Source: Helicobacter cetorum (GTDB taxonomy: Bacteria; Campylobacterota; Campylobacteria; Campylobacterales; UBA6016). From it: a DNA stretch of 64,000 bases. Location of the stretch: positions 1,868 to 65,867 of the forward strand of contig DZAX01000007.1 in the NCBI GenBank assembly GCA_022729705.1, given 5' to 3'. The position numbers and the translations under genes were made by a program. Below, piece after piece: positions 18,555 to 27,822 of this stretch; the first letter of the stretch is position 1; every line of letters starts with the position of its first letter. The notes below the pieces were generated by a model. The model saw nothing but the letters and a program-made list of their open reading frames with translations, did not search any database and was not told the DNA's origin.

Positions 18555-20276
18555 ATGGTAAGCGTCAAAGAGATTCTAACAAGTAAAAATCCAATGTTTT
18601 TTCAGAAATATCCGAAGTTTTTTACGGATTTTTCCACATTGGTACTCGCTAAGTTGCTAAAAGAGCGAGAAATAAATGATTTTTTGTCAAACAACAAGGA
18701 GACAGAGGGGCTAGACTTCGTAGACGCCGTACTGGAGAGGCTAAATTTTACCTACAAATTTTCAAGCCGTTCAAAAATCAATATTCCCTCATCGGGCAAG
18801 CTGATTATCATAGCAAACCACCCGCTAGGCGCACTAGACGCTTTGAGTCTTATACGATTTATCAGAGAGGTGAGAAGCGACGTTAAAGTGGTTGCAAACG
18901 ATATTTTGATGAGTATACCAAATTTAAAAAGTTTACTTTTGGGGTTTGATATTACAAAAAAAAGTAGCGTCAGGTCGGATATGAAAGCTATTTTAGCCGC
19001 TTTAAAAAACGAAGAGGCGGTTATTATCTTTCCGGCCGGCGAGGTGAGCAGGGCTAGACCTGTCGGCATTCGCGACACTGCGTGGGAAAGCGGCTTTTTG
19101 TATATGGCGGAAAAGTCAAAAGCCCCAATACTTCCCGTATTTATAAAAGCAAAGAACTCTTTCACATTTTACGCCGCTTCAACCGTATATAAGCCTCTTG
19201 GAATGCTACTGCTTCCGACAGAGATGATGAGGCAGAGAGGCAAAAGTCTTGAGTTTGTGGTAGGTGAGACGATACCCGCGGCAAATGTCGCAGGACTCAA
19301 AATATCAAAAGAACACAAATTAAAACTTGTCAGAAGGCACCTCCATATTGTCGGAAAAGGTAAAAAAGGGGTTTTTGAAACAGAGAGAAACGTGGCTCAT
19401 CCAGAGGAGCGAAAAAGCTTAAGAGACGAGCTCTCATCCTCAGAGCTTCTTGGGCGTACGGCTGATGATAAAATCATATATCTCTATGACTACGCAAAAA
19501 AATCAACTATCCTAAAAGAGGTAGGGCGGCTTAGAGAGATGACTTTTCGCAAAGTGGGCGAGGGTACAGGCAGACAAAGAGATACCGACGATTATGACAA
19601 ATACTATCGCCATATAGTACTTTGGGATGATAAGGAGCTAGAGGTTGTCGGCTCGTACAGAGTGGGGCAGGGGCGTGAAATTTGCGATGTCTTTGGGGTG
19701 AGCGGGTTTTATACAAACTCTCTTTTTAACTTCTCATCTGATTTTAACGAGCTTTTGCCTCACTCGATAGAGCTTGGACGAAGCTTTGTGCAATCAAAAT
19801 ATTGGGGAAGTAGAGCTCTTGATTATCTCTGGTATGGTATAGGCGCCTATCTCAAAAAACACTCGTTTGTAAAATATATGTTTGGTCCCGTTAGCCTCTC
19901 AAACTCTTATCCTGACGAGGCAAAAAAGCTACTTATATATTTTTATTCAAAATATTTTCCAGCTCCAAAAAAGTTTGCAACCTCCAAAAATCCGTTTGTA
20001 TTATCTCGCCATGAAGAAGAGGAGTTTGAGGGGTATTTTGGCTTTGAAAACTATGAAGAGGATTTTAGAAAACTAAAAAATCTACTCAAAAACTACGGCT
20101 GTATAGTGCCGGTACTATTTAAACAGTATTCCGAACTATGTGAAAAAGGAGGGGTGTATTTTAGCGATTTTGGCGTGGATCCTGATTTCGGGGATTGTGT
20201 AGACGGTTTTATTATTGTAGAGATAGACAAAATACTGCCCGCCAAGCGTGAGCGGTATATGGGAAGCTTATCTTAA
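18555..20276 (+). CDS. PlsC-type acyltransferase fused to a GNAT (Acetyltransf_5) domain (putative hemolysin/OlsF-like lipid acyltransferase)
   Basis: IANHPLGALD, FPAGEVS; EVGRLREMTFR, IELGRSFV, DPDFGDCVDG. Confidence 0.85.
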   Translation: MVSVKEILTSKNPMFFQKYPKFFTDFSTLVLAKLLKEREINDFLSNNKETEGLDFVDAVLERLNFTYKFSSRSKINIPSSGKLIIIANHPLGALDALSLIRFIREVRSDVKVVANDILMSIPNLKSLLLGFDITKKSSVRSDMKAILAALKNEEAVIIFPAGEVSRARPVGIRDTAWESGFLYMAEKSKAPILPVFIKAKNSFTFYAASTVYKPLGMLLLPTEMMRQRGKSLEFVVGETIPAANVAGLKISKEHKLKLVRRHLHIVGKGKKGVFETERNVAHPEERKSLRDELSSSELLGRTADDKIIYLYDYAKKSTILKEVGRLREMTFRKVGEGTGRQRDTDDYDKYYRHIVLWDDKELEVVGSYRVGQGREICDVFGVSGFYTNSLFNFSSDFNELLPHSIELGRSFVQSKYWGSRALDYLWYGIGAYLKKHSFVKYMFGPVSLSNSYPDEAKKLLIYFYSKYFPAPKKFATSKNPFVLSRHEEEEFEGYFGFENYEEDFRKLKNLLKNYGCIVPVLFKQYSELCEKGGVYFSDFGVDPDFGDCVDGFIIVEIDKILPAKRERYMGSLS

Positions 20277-20349
20277 AGGCGAAGCAAAATACGCTTTTGC
20301 ACAGGAAAGTCCAATCAGGACACAGATATTATAAAACAAGGAGTTACAG

Positions 20350-20541
20350 ATGGAGTGTTATCTATGCCAAAGCTCAGAAAATCTAAGTAGATATGTGGTT
20401 GACGGAGCTACTACGGTATTTGTATGCCAAGACTGTGAAGAGGAACTTCTTTTGGAAAACCATCTGGAGATTGAAGACAAGATTTATGATCAACCAATGC
20501 ACGACATACACGAGCGAGTCGCCGCATACGCATGCGCTTAA
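20350..20541 (+). CDS. Small CxxC...CxxC zinc-ribbon protein
   Basis: AGGAG RBS before ATG; CYLC and CQDC. Confidence 0.6.
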   Translation: MECYLCQSSENLSRYVVDGATTVFVCQDCEEELLLENHLEIEDKIYDQPMHDIHERVAAYACA

Positions 20542-20584
20542 GGGAGAGCTAGATTCCCGTCGTCAACAGGCGATGGACGGCTCT

Positions 20585-20616
20585 AGCTACCCGCTTACGC
20601 GGGAGAGCGTGGTAAG
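20585..20616 (-). repeat. Family-A first hairpin with a degenerate family-B start
   Basis: AGCTACCCGCTTACGCGGGAGAG followed by CGTGGTAAG. Confidence 0.6.
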
Positions 20617-20618
20617 TT

Positions 20619-21839
20619 CTATTTGTCATCCAATGTAGCTTCAGAATTCTCTTCTTGTTCTGTAGGCGAATCAAAATCAGCGTCTACAAAATCTATATGC
20701 TCTTCTATACTTTTCTGTGTTTTAGCGCCCATCTCTTTTAGTTTCTCCAGTCTTACAAGTGCTGAGCCTTTGCCTGTTGATAGAAGTCTTCTTGCGTCTT
20801 CATAGCTTTTTTGGGATCTATCAAGATTTAGCGATATTTTGTCAAATTCATTCATAAAGCTTACTATCTTGTCATATATTGCTCCCGCCTCTTTTGCTAT
20901 TAGCGCAGCGTTTTGGTTTTGACGCTCTGATCTCCATATCATGTAAACTGTTTTGAGAGTCGTCATAAGCGAGCTTGCCGTAACAAGAGCGATATTTTTC
21001 TTTAGCGCATACTCAAACAATCCTCTATCCTCCGCGATAGCGGTCATATAAGCGCCCTCCAAAGGAATAAACATAAAGACGTATTCAAACGCATTATCTA
21101 TATCTTGGTATCTTTTTTGAGACAATGAGTCTATATGTTTTTTAACGGCGGCTAGAAGCGTTTTAGCGGCGGCGTTTCTCGCCTCTTCGGAGTCTGCGTC
21201 GCAATAGTCCAGGTATGGAACAAGCGTTACTTTTGAGTCAATAACGATTTTTTTGCCCTCCGGCATATTGACGATGATGTCGGGTATGATACGCTCGCCC
21301 TCTTCTCCCGTGTGTCCGCTTTGGATTGTATACTCTTCGCCGCTTCTAAGACCGGAAGCCGCTAGGATGCCCTCAAGCACCATTTCGCCCCACATACCTC
21401 TTGTTTTTGAACGATTTTTGAGCGCATCTACTAGAGAGTTTGCTTCATCGGTTAGTTTTTGATTTTGCTCTTTTAGCTCTTTTACCGCGATAGAGAGGTG
21501 TTTTCTCTCCGCAGATTCAGCGTTGTAGGTGTCGTCTACTTTTCTTCTGAAGCTTTCAAGCTGCTCTTTTAGAGGTTTTAGTGTTGTTTCGACAGAGTTT
21601 TTGTTTTGCTCCTCTGTTTTTACCATCGCCTCGTTTGCAAGCGTTTTAAACTCCTCTTTCATCTTATCGGCATACTCTTTGGCAAACTTTGCCTCCGACT
21701 CTAGCGTTGCATTTTTGCCGACAAGAAACAGTAGTCTTGAGTTTAAATCCTCATTTTTTTTGGATAACATCAGAAAGATAGTAGCGGCCACGATAAGACC
21801 GACAAGTAGTCCGGCCGATATAAGGATAAGCGTTTCCAT
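20619..21839 (-). CDS. rmuC: DNA recombination protein RmuC
   Basis: RGMWGEMVL, PDIIV, IDSK, MFIPLEG, STGKG. Confidence 0.93.
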   Translation of the reverse strand: METLILISAGLLVGLIVAATIFLMLSKKNEDLNSRLLFLVGKNATLESEAKFAKEYADKMKEEFKTLANEAMVKTEEQNKNSVETTLKPLKEQLESFRRKVDDTYNAESAERKHLSIAVKELKEQNQKLTDEANSLVDALKNRSKTRGMWGEMVLEGILAASGLRSGEEYTIQSGHTGEEGERIIPDIIVNMPEGKKIVIDSKVTLVPYLDYCDADSEEARNAAAKTLLAAVKKHIDSLSQKRYQDIDNAFEYVFMFIPLEGAYMTAIAEDRGLFEYALKKNIALVTASSLMTTLKTVYMIWRSERQNQNAALIAKEAGAIYDKIVSFMNEFDKISLNLDRSQKSYEDARRLLSTGKGSALVRLEKLKEMGAKTQKSIEEHIDFVDADFDSPTEQEENSEATLDDK

Positions 21840-21907
21840 AGTTGCTCCAGATTAAATTTGTTGGGGTTATTTTACTCAAAATATCATTATGGGACGCACC
21901 GGCTGAT

Positions 21908-21978
21908 ATTCTCGCATTTTCAAGCATTGCTCCAAAATGAGGCTTTCATACAGACGGCTCTTGCGGCTAATCACTCTA
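21908..21978 (-). repeat. Family-B repeat copy B3
   Basis: Reverse complement ...AGCCGCAAGAGCCGTCTG...CTCATTTTGGAGCAATGCTTGAAAATGCGAGAAT. Confidence 0.8.
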
Positions 21979-21986
21979 AAGCGAGG

Positions 21987-22235
21987 TTATTTTTTACAAG
22001 GCTTCGCTTCTAAGTCTTTTTTCATACCCTCTACGCTTTTTGCGCCAAGACCTTTTACTTTTGCAAGTTCGTCTACGTTGTCAAAACATTTTGTTTTTCT
22101 ATAATCCACGATTGCCGTAGCTTTCGCCTTTCCAAGCCCTTTAACTTTTGTAAGCTCTTCTACGGGAGCAGAGTTAATATCTACAGCCGCAAACGCAAAC
22201 GCTGCGAGAGATAATAAAGCCATAATTTTTTTCAT
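21987..22235 (-). CDS. comEA: ComEA-family periplasmic HhH DNA-binding protein
   Basis: Signal peptide, VDINSA...KGLGKAKA..IVDYR...KVKGLG. Confidence 0.88.
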   Translation of the reverse strand: MKKIMALLSLAAFAFAAVDINSAPVEELTKVKGLGKAKATAIVDYRKTKCFDNVDELAKVKGLGAKSVEGMKKDLEAKPCKK

Positions 22236-22277
22236 AAAAACTCCTTTGTGATTTATTTGATTTTACTAGCAAGCCGC

Positions 22278-22964
22278 TTAATGATTTAAGTCTACAACTT
22301 TATATTCGCCAACATTCAAATCATCAACGCAAAACTCGCCAAAACTCACTCTATGAAGTCCTATTACTTTGTTTTTAGTAGCCGCAAACATCCTTTTTAC
22401 TTGATGGTAGCGCCCCTCGAAAATCTCTAGCAAGGCGATATTTGGAGCGATGACTTTTAGCTTTGCGCTGATGCAAGGTGTTTTTTCTCCGTTTAGCATA
22501 AGCTCTCCGCTAGCAAAAATATCCGCTTCATCGCCTTTTAACGGCTCTGCGAGCGTCGCTTGATACACCTTGGAAATATGCTTTTTTGGGCTTGTAAGCG
22601 AGTGATTTAAATCGCCGTCGTCGGTTAACAAAATAGCACCTGTGGTGTCGATATCCAATCTTCCCACAGTGGCAATCTTCGGATTTCTACGCTGCCATCT
22701 ATCGGGAAGTAGCGAATAAATAAGCTTGCCGCCATCGTCGTGAGAGCAGATAAAGCCTGAGGGCTTGTTTAGCAAAATAGTCAGGCTTTCGGGATCAAGA
22801 GGCTCTCCCTCAACCGTGACCTCATGATGAAAAACCTTTAAGGAAAGGTCAAAAACTCTTATTTTATTTACGCACACTTCATTGTCTTTGATAAAAAATT
22901 TTGCGCTTCTTCGCAAGCAATATCCAAGATTTGACAACAAAGCGTCAAGGCGTTTTTTTTGCAT
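22278..22964 (-). CDS. Pseudouridine synthase, RsuA family
   Basis: S4-like N-terminus, LLNKP, VGRLDIDTTG, EGRYHQVKRM. Confidence 0.9.
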   Translation of the reverse strand: MQKKRLDALLSNLGYCLRRSAKFFIKDNEVCVNKIRVFDLSLKVFHHEVTVEGEPLDPESLTILLNKPSGFICSHDDGGKLIYSLLPDRWQRRNPKIATVGRLDIDTTGAILLTDDGDLNHSLTSPKKHISKVYQATLAEPLKGDEADIFASGELMLNGEKTPCISAKLKVIAPNIALLEIFEGRYHQVKRMFAATKNKVIGLHRVSFGEFCVDDLNVGEYKVVDLNH

Positions 22965-22992
22965 ATAGATTTATCCTTGTGTAGCTCTCATA

Positions 22993-23076
22993 TAGCGGTA
23001 AGCCGCGAGAGCTGTCTGCCAAAGACCTCATTTTGGGGCAATGCTTCAAAATGTGAGAATTAATCAGATAGTTTAA
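22993..23076 (+). repeat. Family-B repeat copy B4
   Basis: AGCGGTAAGCCGCGAGAGC...CTCATTTTGGGGCAATGCTTCAAAATGTGAGAATTAATCAGATAGTTTAA. Confidence 0.85.
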
Positions 23077-23081
23077 TTGAA

Positions 23082-23272
23082 CCCTCAACTTATGGTAAGG
23101 GTTATCTTTAAAAAGCTCAGGATTTGAGTCAAACTTTCTAGGTAATGTATCATAGGGACTTTTAAACTTCAAAGCTTTCAATTTCTTTTGGTGATTGTAA
23201 TAAAGCAAGTAGCTCATCTATCGTCTCATAAGGATAAGTTTTGGTCGTAGCGTTTTTAATGGTCTCGTTAAA
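23082..23272 (-). mobile_element. IS481-family transposase C-terminal remnant
   Basis: FNETIKNATTKTYPYETID/MSYLLYYNHQKKLKALKFKSPYD...NPELFKDNPYHKLR; 23082-23218 identical to 50807-50943. Confidence 0.75.
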
Positions 23273-23320
23273 TAGACTTCTTGCAAAACTCTCTATGAAA
23301 TGAGTGCTTCAAAGAGCTAT
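23273..23320 (+). mobile_element. Putative IS5-family-like terminal segment
   Basis: TAGACTTCTTGCAAAACTCTCTATG...; inverted near-identical copy at 50960-51007 and partial at 57174; resembles IS1106-type GAGACCTTTGCAAAA ends. Confidence 0.5.
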
Positions 23321-23345
23321 AGGGTCAAAATCTATTGATTTTGGG

Positions 23346-23445
23346 AACTCATCATTTTGAAGCATTGCCCCAAAATGAGATCTTCAGCGTGAGGGCTCTT
23401 GCGGCTAGCCGCTCTAAGAATTTCAAGTTTAATCAGAGGGTTTAA
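23346..23445 (-). repeat. Family-B repeat copy B5
   Basis: Reverse complement TTAAACCCTCTGATTAA...GAGCGGCTAGCCGCAAGAGCC...CTCATTTTGGGGCAATGCTTCAAAATG. Confidence 0.85.
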
Positions 23446-23589
23446 TTAGCGCTTCGGCGAGACTCGATGCAGATAAATAAAAAGCTTGAGCGAGTGCCTT
23501 TTGGGCTTTGCTCTTGTTTATGCGTGACATCAGATAGGCTCTCAATATAAACGGCTTTTGGGTAGAATAAAAGCAAAAAAAGAGAAAAA

Positions 23590-24783
23590 ATGTATATTCC
23601 AAGAAAAAGCAAATTTGATCCAGATAAGAGCGGATATTTTGGAGAGTTTGGCGGGCGGTTTGTGCCTGAAACTTTGATGCCGCTACTTATAGACCTTGAC
23701 GAGACGTATAAAAAAATAAGATTTGACGAAGAGTTTTGGAAGGAGGCGGATTATTATCTAAAAGAGTATGTCGGACGCCCATCCTTACTCACCTACGCCG
23801 CCAATATCTCAAAAGAGCTAGGCGCAAAAATATACCTCAAAAGAGAAGATCTAAATCACACCGGAAGCCACAAGATAAACAACGTAATCTTGCAAGCTTT
23901 GGTTGCAAAAAGACTTGGCAAAACCAAGGTAATAGCAGAGACTGGAGCCGGTCAACACGGCGTTGCTACAGCTACGGCGTGTGCTCTTTTTGGTATGGAG
24001 TGTGAAGTGTTTATGGGAGCAAAAGACGTGGCAAGACAAGAGCTAAACGTCTTTCGCATGAAGCTGCTAGGCGCAAAAGTACACTCCGTAGAATCCGGCT
24101 CCAAAACGCTTAAAGACGCAATGAATGACGCAATAAGACACTGGGTCACAAATGCAAAAGACACCTACTACATGATAGGCACAGTAGCGGGTCCGCACCC
24201 ATACCCAATGATGGTTCGCGACTTTCAAGCCATCATCGGATACGAAGCAAAAGCGCAAATACTCCGCCTTGAAAGACGCTTGCCCGACATGGTAGTGGCT
24301 TGCATAGGCGGCGGAAGCAACGCTATGGGGCTTTTTAGCCACTTTTTGGAAGAAGAGGGCGTGACTTGCCTTGGCGTAGAAGCAGGCGGAAAAGGCGTAG
24401 AGACAAGCGAACACGGAGCAAGCTTGCAAAAAGGGAGAGCGGGAGTACTTCACGGACAGATGAGCTACCTACTCCAGAACGAAGACGGACAGATTGAAGA
24501 AGCGTACTCCATATCAGCCGGACTTGACTATCCGGGAATTGGTCCGGAACACGCATATCTATTTGAGAGCAAAGCGGCAAAATACGAGTCTGTGACGGAT
24601 GAAGAGGCACTGGAGGCTTTTGTATGGCTAAGCCAAAAAGAGGGAATTATTCCCGCATTTGAAAGCTCGCACGCCGTGGCGCAACTCAAAAAAATGGACA
24701 TAAAAGGCAAGCTAATTATCGTCAATATCTCCGGTAGAGGTGATAAGGATATGACACAGGCAAAAGAGATTTTGAAGTTTTGA
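23590..24783 (+). CDS. trpB: Tryptophan synthase beta chain
   Basis: [40 protein letters not shown]. Confidence 0.97.
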   Translation: MYIPRKSKFDPDKSGYFGEFGGRFVPETLMPLLIDLDETYKKIRFDEEFWKEADYYLKEYVGRPSLLTYAANISKELGAKIYLKREDLNHTGSHKINNVILQALVAKRLGKTKVIAETGAGQHGVATATACALFGMECEVFMGAKDVARQELNVFRMKLLGAKVHSVESGSKTLKDAMNDAIRHWVTNAKDTYYMIGTVAGPHPYPMMVRDFQAIIGYEAKAQILRLERRLPDMVVACIGGGSNAMGLFSHFLEEEGVTCLGVEAGGKGVETSEHGASLQKGRAGVLHGQMSYLLQNEDGQIEEAYSISAGLDYPGIGPEHAYLFESKAAKYESVTDEEALEAFVWLSQKEGIIPAFESSHAVAQLKKMDIKGKLIIVNISGRGDKDMTQAKEILKF

Positions 24784-24867
24784 GATTTGGTTTTTGAACG
24801 GTAAAAATACAGACTATTATGCTTAAGGTTTGACCTTATGCGCTAAAAAATGCGAAGATGCGCTATT

Positions 24868-24965
24868 TCTCCGGCGAAGCCGGTAGCTTCAGGGGGTTGC
24901 AAGGGACATTTATGTCCCTGCCGCCTATACGGGCTTTGCCCGTATAGGCGCGTAACATCAATATT
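24868..24965 (+). repeat. Family-A repeat copy A2 (reference copy)
   Basis: CCGGC-GAA-GCCGG / GGGACAT-TT-ATGTCCC / CGCCTATACGGGC-TTT-GCCCGTATAGGCG / GTAACATCAATAT. Confidence 0.92.
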
Positions 24966-25613
24966 TCAGTAAATAAAAAGTAGTCGCCCATTTTCCTTTA
25001 ACCACTTTTCGCTCTCCTTATAAGTCGGCGATAGTGCGGCGACGCGCGCCCAGAAGTGGCTTGAGTGGTTGAACTCTTTTAGATGACATATTTCATGGAT
25101 TATGACGTACTCTATGACGCTTTTTGGCGCACCTACCAGCCTAATGCTAAAGTTTAATGTTTTTTTGGCTGAGCAACTTCCCCATCTACTTTTTGTGTCC
25201 CTAAAGAAGAGCTTTTCGTAGGTTATACCATAAAAGTTTGCTATATTTTCAGTTTTTTGGGTTATAACTCTTTTTGCCTCGTCTCTCAAAAACTCTCTAA
25301 AATGCTCTTTTTTTGAAAGGCTTAGCACCCCGTCTTCAAATATGTATTTTCTTCTCTGTAACGGGTTAAAAGAGATTGGCGTTTTGCTCCCTAAGTACAA
25401 AAAATGTCCGTCAAGTTCCGCTTTTTTTGCGTCAAACGAGCGTTGTCTCTCTATCATTTTGCTTAGTTTGACCACATTTGCATTGGCGAAGTCTATACAT
25501 TTTGATTCAGATAGATACGCCGGAGCGCTAATTAGCAAAGCTCCGCCCTCTTTTACCTCTATTTTGAGCCTTTTTATTTTTTTATCTCTTTTTATTTCAA
25601 TTTTTTCAAACAT
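24966..25613 (-). CDS. M48/SprT-like (YgjP/DUF45) metal-dependent hydrolase
   Basis: KSRWGSCS, YVIIHEICH...NHS..FW; start ATG 25613 (the longer ORF overlaps the divergent gene). Confidence 0.88.
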   Translation of the reverse strand: MFEKIEIKRDKKIKRLKIEVKEGGALLISAPAYLSESKCIDFANANVVKLSKMIERQRSFDAKKAELDGHFLYLGSKTPISFNPLQRRKYIFEDGVLSLSKKEHFREFLRDEAKRVITQKTENIANFYGITYEKLFFRDTKSRWGSCSAKKTLNFSIRLVGAPKSVIEYVIIHEICHLKEFNHSSHFWARVAALSPTYKESEKWLKENGRLLFIY

Positions 25614-25658
25614 TTGGTATACTCTCTCATAAATACACATTATCATCAGGATTACAAT

Positions 25659-26387
25659 ATGAGTCAAATAAAAATGATAGACCCACATACCGAAGAGTTC
25701 CAGTCGGAGCTCAAAAAGACTATAGATTTTACCGACAAAGTAATAAAACAGTTCGGCTTTGTATATAACCCCGATATGGAGATTACACAAAGCATACAGT
25801 TTGGTCTTACTAGAAATAAGTTGATTTATGACAAAAGATACTGCCCCTGTTTTTTTGTGACAGGCGATAAACAAGAGGATAGGGTATGTCCGTGTAAGCC
25901 CGCTATCGAAAACGAAATTCCATCAGAGGGGCTTTGTCATTGCGGGATATTTTGTACGCCTGAGTTTGCTGCGACAAAAGCGATGGAAGAGAGCTTGGAA
26001 GAGGCTGTGCATCAACACTCAAGAGGGCTTAAAAAAGAGGAGTGCGAGCTTCTACTTGCAAAAGCTCAAATGGACAGCGAAGAGCTGGAGGCTTTACTCG
26101 AAGCAAGAACGCTTGGAATGGTAAGCTTTAAGCTTGTGGACGTAAGAGAGTGGATGGAGTACAAAAACTTTAGAATAAGAGGCGTGGACTTCTTGGTTCC
26201 GACGACAAGCTTTTATGACTCCGTAAAAGAGTTAAACGAGTTTAAAAATGAAACTATCATAGTCTATTGCCATGTTGGCTCAAGAAGCGCTTATTGTCAA
26301 AAGACTCTAAAAGATTTGGGCTTTAAAAAAGTATCTAATTTACAAAGAGGAATAGTAAGCTACCGAGGCGAACTGGATAAAGGCTAG
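25659..26387 (+). CDS. Ferredoxin:thioredoxin reductase catalytic-type domain fused to a rhodanese domain
   Basis: YCPC, VCPC, LCHCGIF (FTR-c) and DVRE...YCHVGSRS...GI (rhodanese). Confidence 0.85.
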   Translation: MSQIKMIDPHTEEFQSELKKTIDFTDKVIKQFGFVYNPDMEITQSIQFGLTRNKLIYDKRYCPCFFVTGDKQEDRVCPCKPAIENEIPSEGLCHCGIFCTPEFAATKAMEESLEEAVHQHSRGLKKEECELLLAKAQMDSEELEALLEARTLGMVSFKLVDVREWMEYKNFRIRGVDFLVPTTSFYDSVKELNEFKNETIIVYCHVGSRSAYCQKTLKDLGFKKVSNLQRGIVSYRGELDKG

Positions 26388-26391
26388 TATT

Positions 26392-27618
26392 TTGAGTTTG
26401 GCTCAAATACTTCGCCCCTCCTCTTTGGAGGATTTTTTGGGGCAAAAACATCTGCTTGGCGCCGAGGCTCCTTTTTTGCGGCTTGTCGAGGCGGGTTCTA
26501 TTCCGCACTCTTTTTTCTTCGGTCCTCCCGGAACCGGCAAAACATCTCTCGCTCGTATTATCGCCGCAAAGTTGGAGGCTAATTTTTTTGAGTTTAACGC
26601 CACAAGCGTAAAGATAGACGACATAAGAAAAGCCGTAGACGCAAACAAAAACTCTTTTACAAAACCGCTGATTTTTATAGACGAAGTGCATAGGCTCTCA
26701 AAAACACAGCAAGAGGTGTTGCTTCCGATTATGGAGAATAAGTTTGCGCTTATAATCGGCGCCTCTACAGAAAACCCGTTTTTTTCGCTAACAGGCGGTA
26801 TTCGCTCGCGTTCTATGCTGTTTGAGTTTTTTTCGCTAACGGATGATGATTTGAGGAAGGCTCTTGCAAAAGGGTTGCAATCGCTTGGCAAAGAGGCGGA
26901 CGAGGATGCGGCGGAGTATCTCGTGCACTCTTCATCGGGCGACGCAAGAGCTATGCTAACTTTGCTGGAGTTTGCCGCAAAGCTCGAAGATAGGATTACG
27001 CTAGACATCCTCAAAAAACTTAGACCACAAGCCTTGACGGATGGAGCAGGGGAGTCTGAGACGCATTACAATCTCGCAAGCGCTCTTATCAAAAGCGTAA
27101 GAGGCTCCGATGAAAACGCCGCCGTGTATTATCTGGCGCGTCTTCTTGCTGGAGGTGAGGAGCCTCGATTTGTCGCACGCCGTCTAGCCATACTTGCCGC
27201 CGAAGACATAGGCAACGCAAATCCAAACGCCCTGCAACTAGCGAACGCCGCTTTTTCGTTGGTAGAAAAGATAGGTATGCCGGAATCCAGAATTATCCTC
27301 TCGCAACTGACGATATATCTAGCTTGCTGCCCAAAATCAAACTCCGCTTATACAGCGATAGACGATGCCTTGGCTTTGGTGGAGAGCGGCGAAATACAGC
27401 CGGTGCCGCCACATCTTAAAGACGCACATTTTGCCGGAGCAAAAACTCTTGGAAGAGGGGTGGGCTACAAGTACCCGCACGATTTTGGCGGCTGGGCGGA
27501 GCAACAATATACGCAAAAACCGCTTGATATAGTAAAGCTAAAAGATATTGGGTTTGAAAAGACGCTAAAAGAGTGGCTAGGGAAGATAAGAGTCCGCCTT
27601 ACAAACTATCCCGTATAG
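26392..27618 (+). CDS. rarA: Replication-associated recombination protein A
   Basis: GPPGTGKT, DEVHR, STENP, SALIKSVRGSD, AEDIGNA, YKYPHD. Confidence 0.95.
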   Translation: MSLAQILRPSSLEDFLGQKHLLGAEAPFLRLVEAGSIPHSFFFGPPGTGKTSLARIIAAKLEANFFEFNATSVKIDDIRKAVDANKNSFTKPLIFIDEVHRLSKTQQEVLLPIMENKFALIIGASTENPFFSLTGGIRSRSMLFEFFSLTDDDLRKALAKGLQSLGKEADEDAAEYLVHSSSGDARAMLTLLEFAAKLEDRITLDILKKLRPQALTDGAGESETHYNLASALIKSVRGSDENAAVYYLARLLAGGEEPRFVARRLAILAAEDIGNANPNALQLANAAFSLVEKIGMPESRIILSQLTIYLACCPKSNSAYTAIDDALALVESGEIQPVPPHLKDAHFAGAKTLGRGVGYKYPHDFGGWAEQQYTQKPLDIVKLKDIGFEKTLKEWLGKIRVRLTNYPV

Positions 27619-27696
27619 GAGGGTTTTTTTGTATAAGTTTTAATGGGATTGATAGTTTAAATATAAAGAAGAGACCAGCACAAGTAAAATACTTAG

Positions 27697-27772
27697 TGGT
27701 GGCTCGAGGCAGAATCGAACTGCCGACACGCAGATTTTCAGTCTACTGCTCTACCGACTGAGCTATCGAGCC
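27697..27772 (-). tRNA. tRNA-Phe(GAA)
   Basis: Reverse complement GGCTCGATAGCTCAG...CT-GAA-AA...GTTCGATTC...ACCA. Confidence 0.96.
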
Positions 27773-27822
27773 AAACTTTCTAGCGTCGCTAAAAAGGAAA
27801 CGGGATTATAATAGCCAAACAC

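Noticed and set aside
22945-23217. 90-aa ORF as a functional gene
   Set aside because: It is a chimera of an IS481 transposase tail read through into repeat B4.
25614-25874. Long overlap between the M48 ORF and the FTR-rhodanese ORF
   Set aside because: It disappears with internal starts 25613 (-) and 25659 (+); the extensions have no family motifs.
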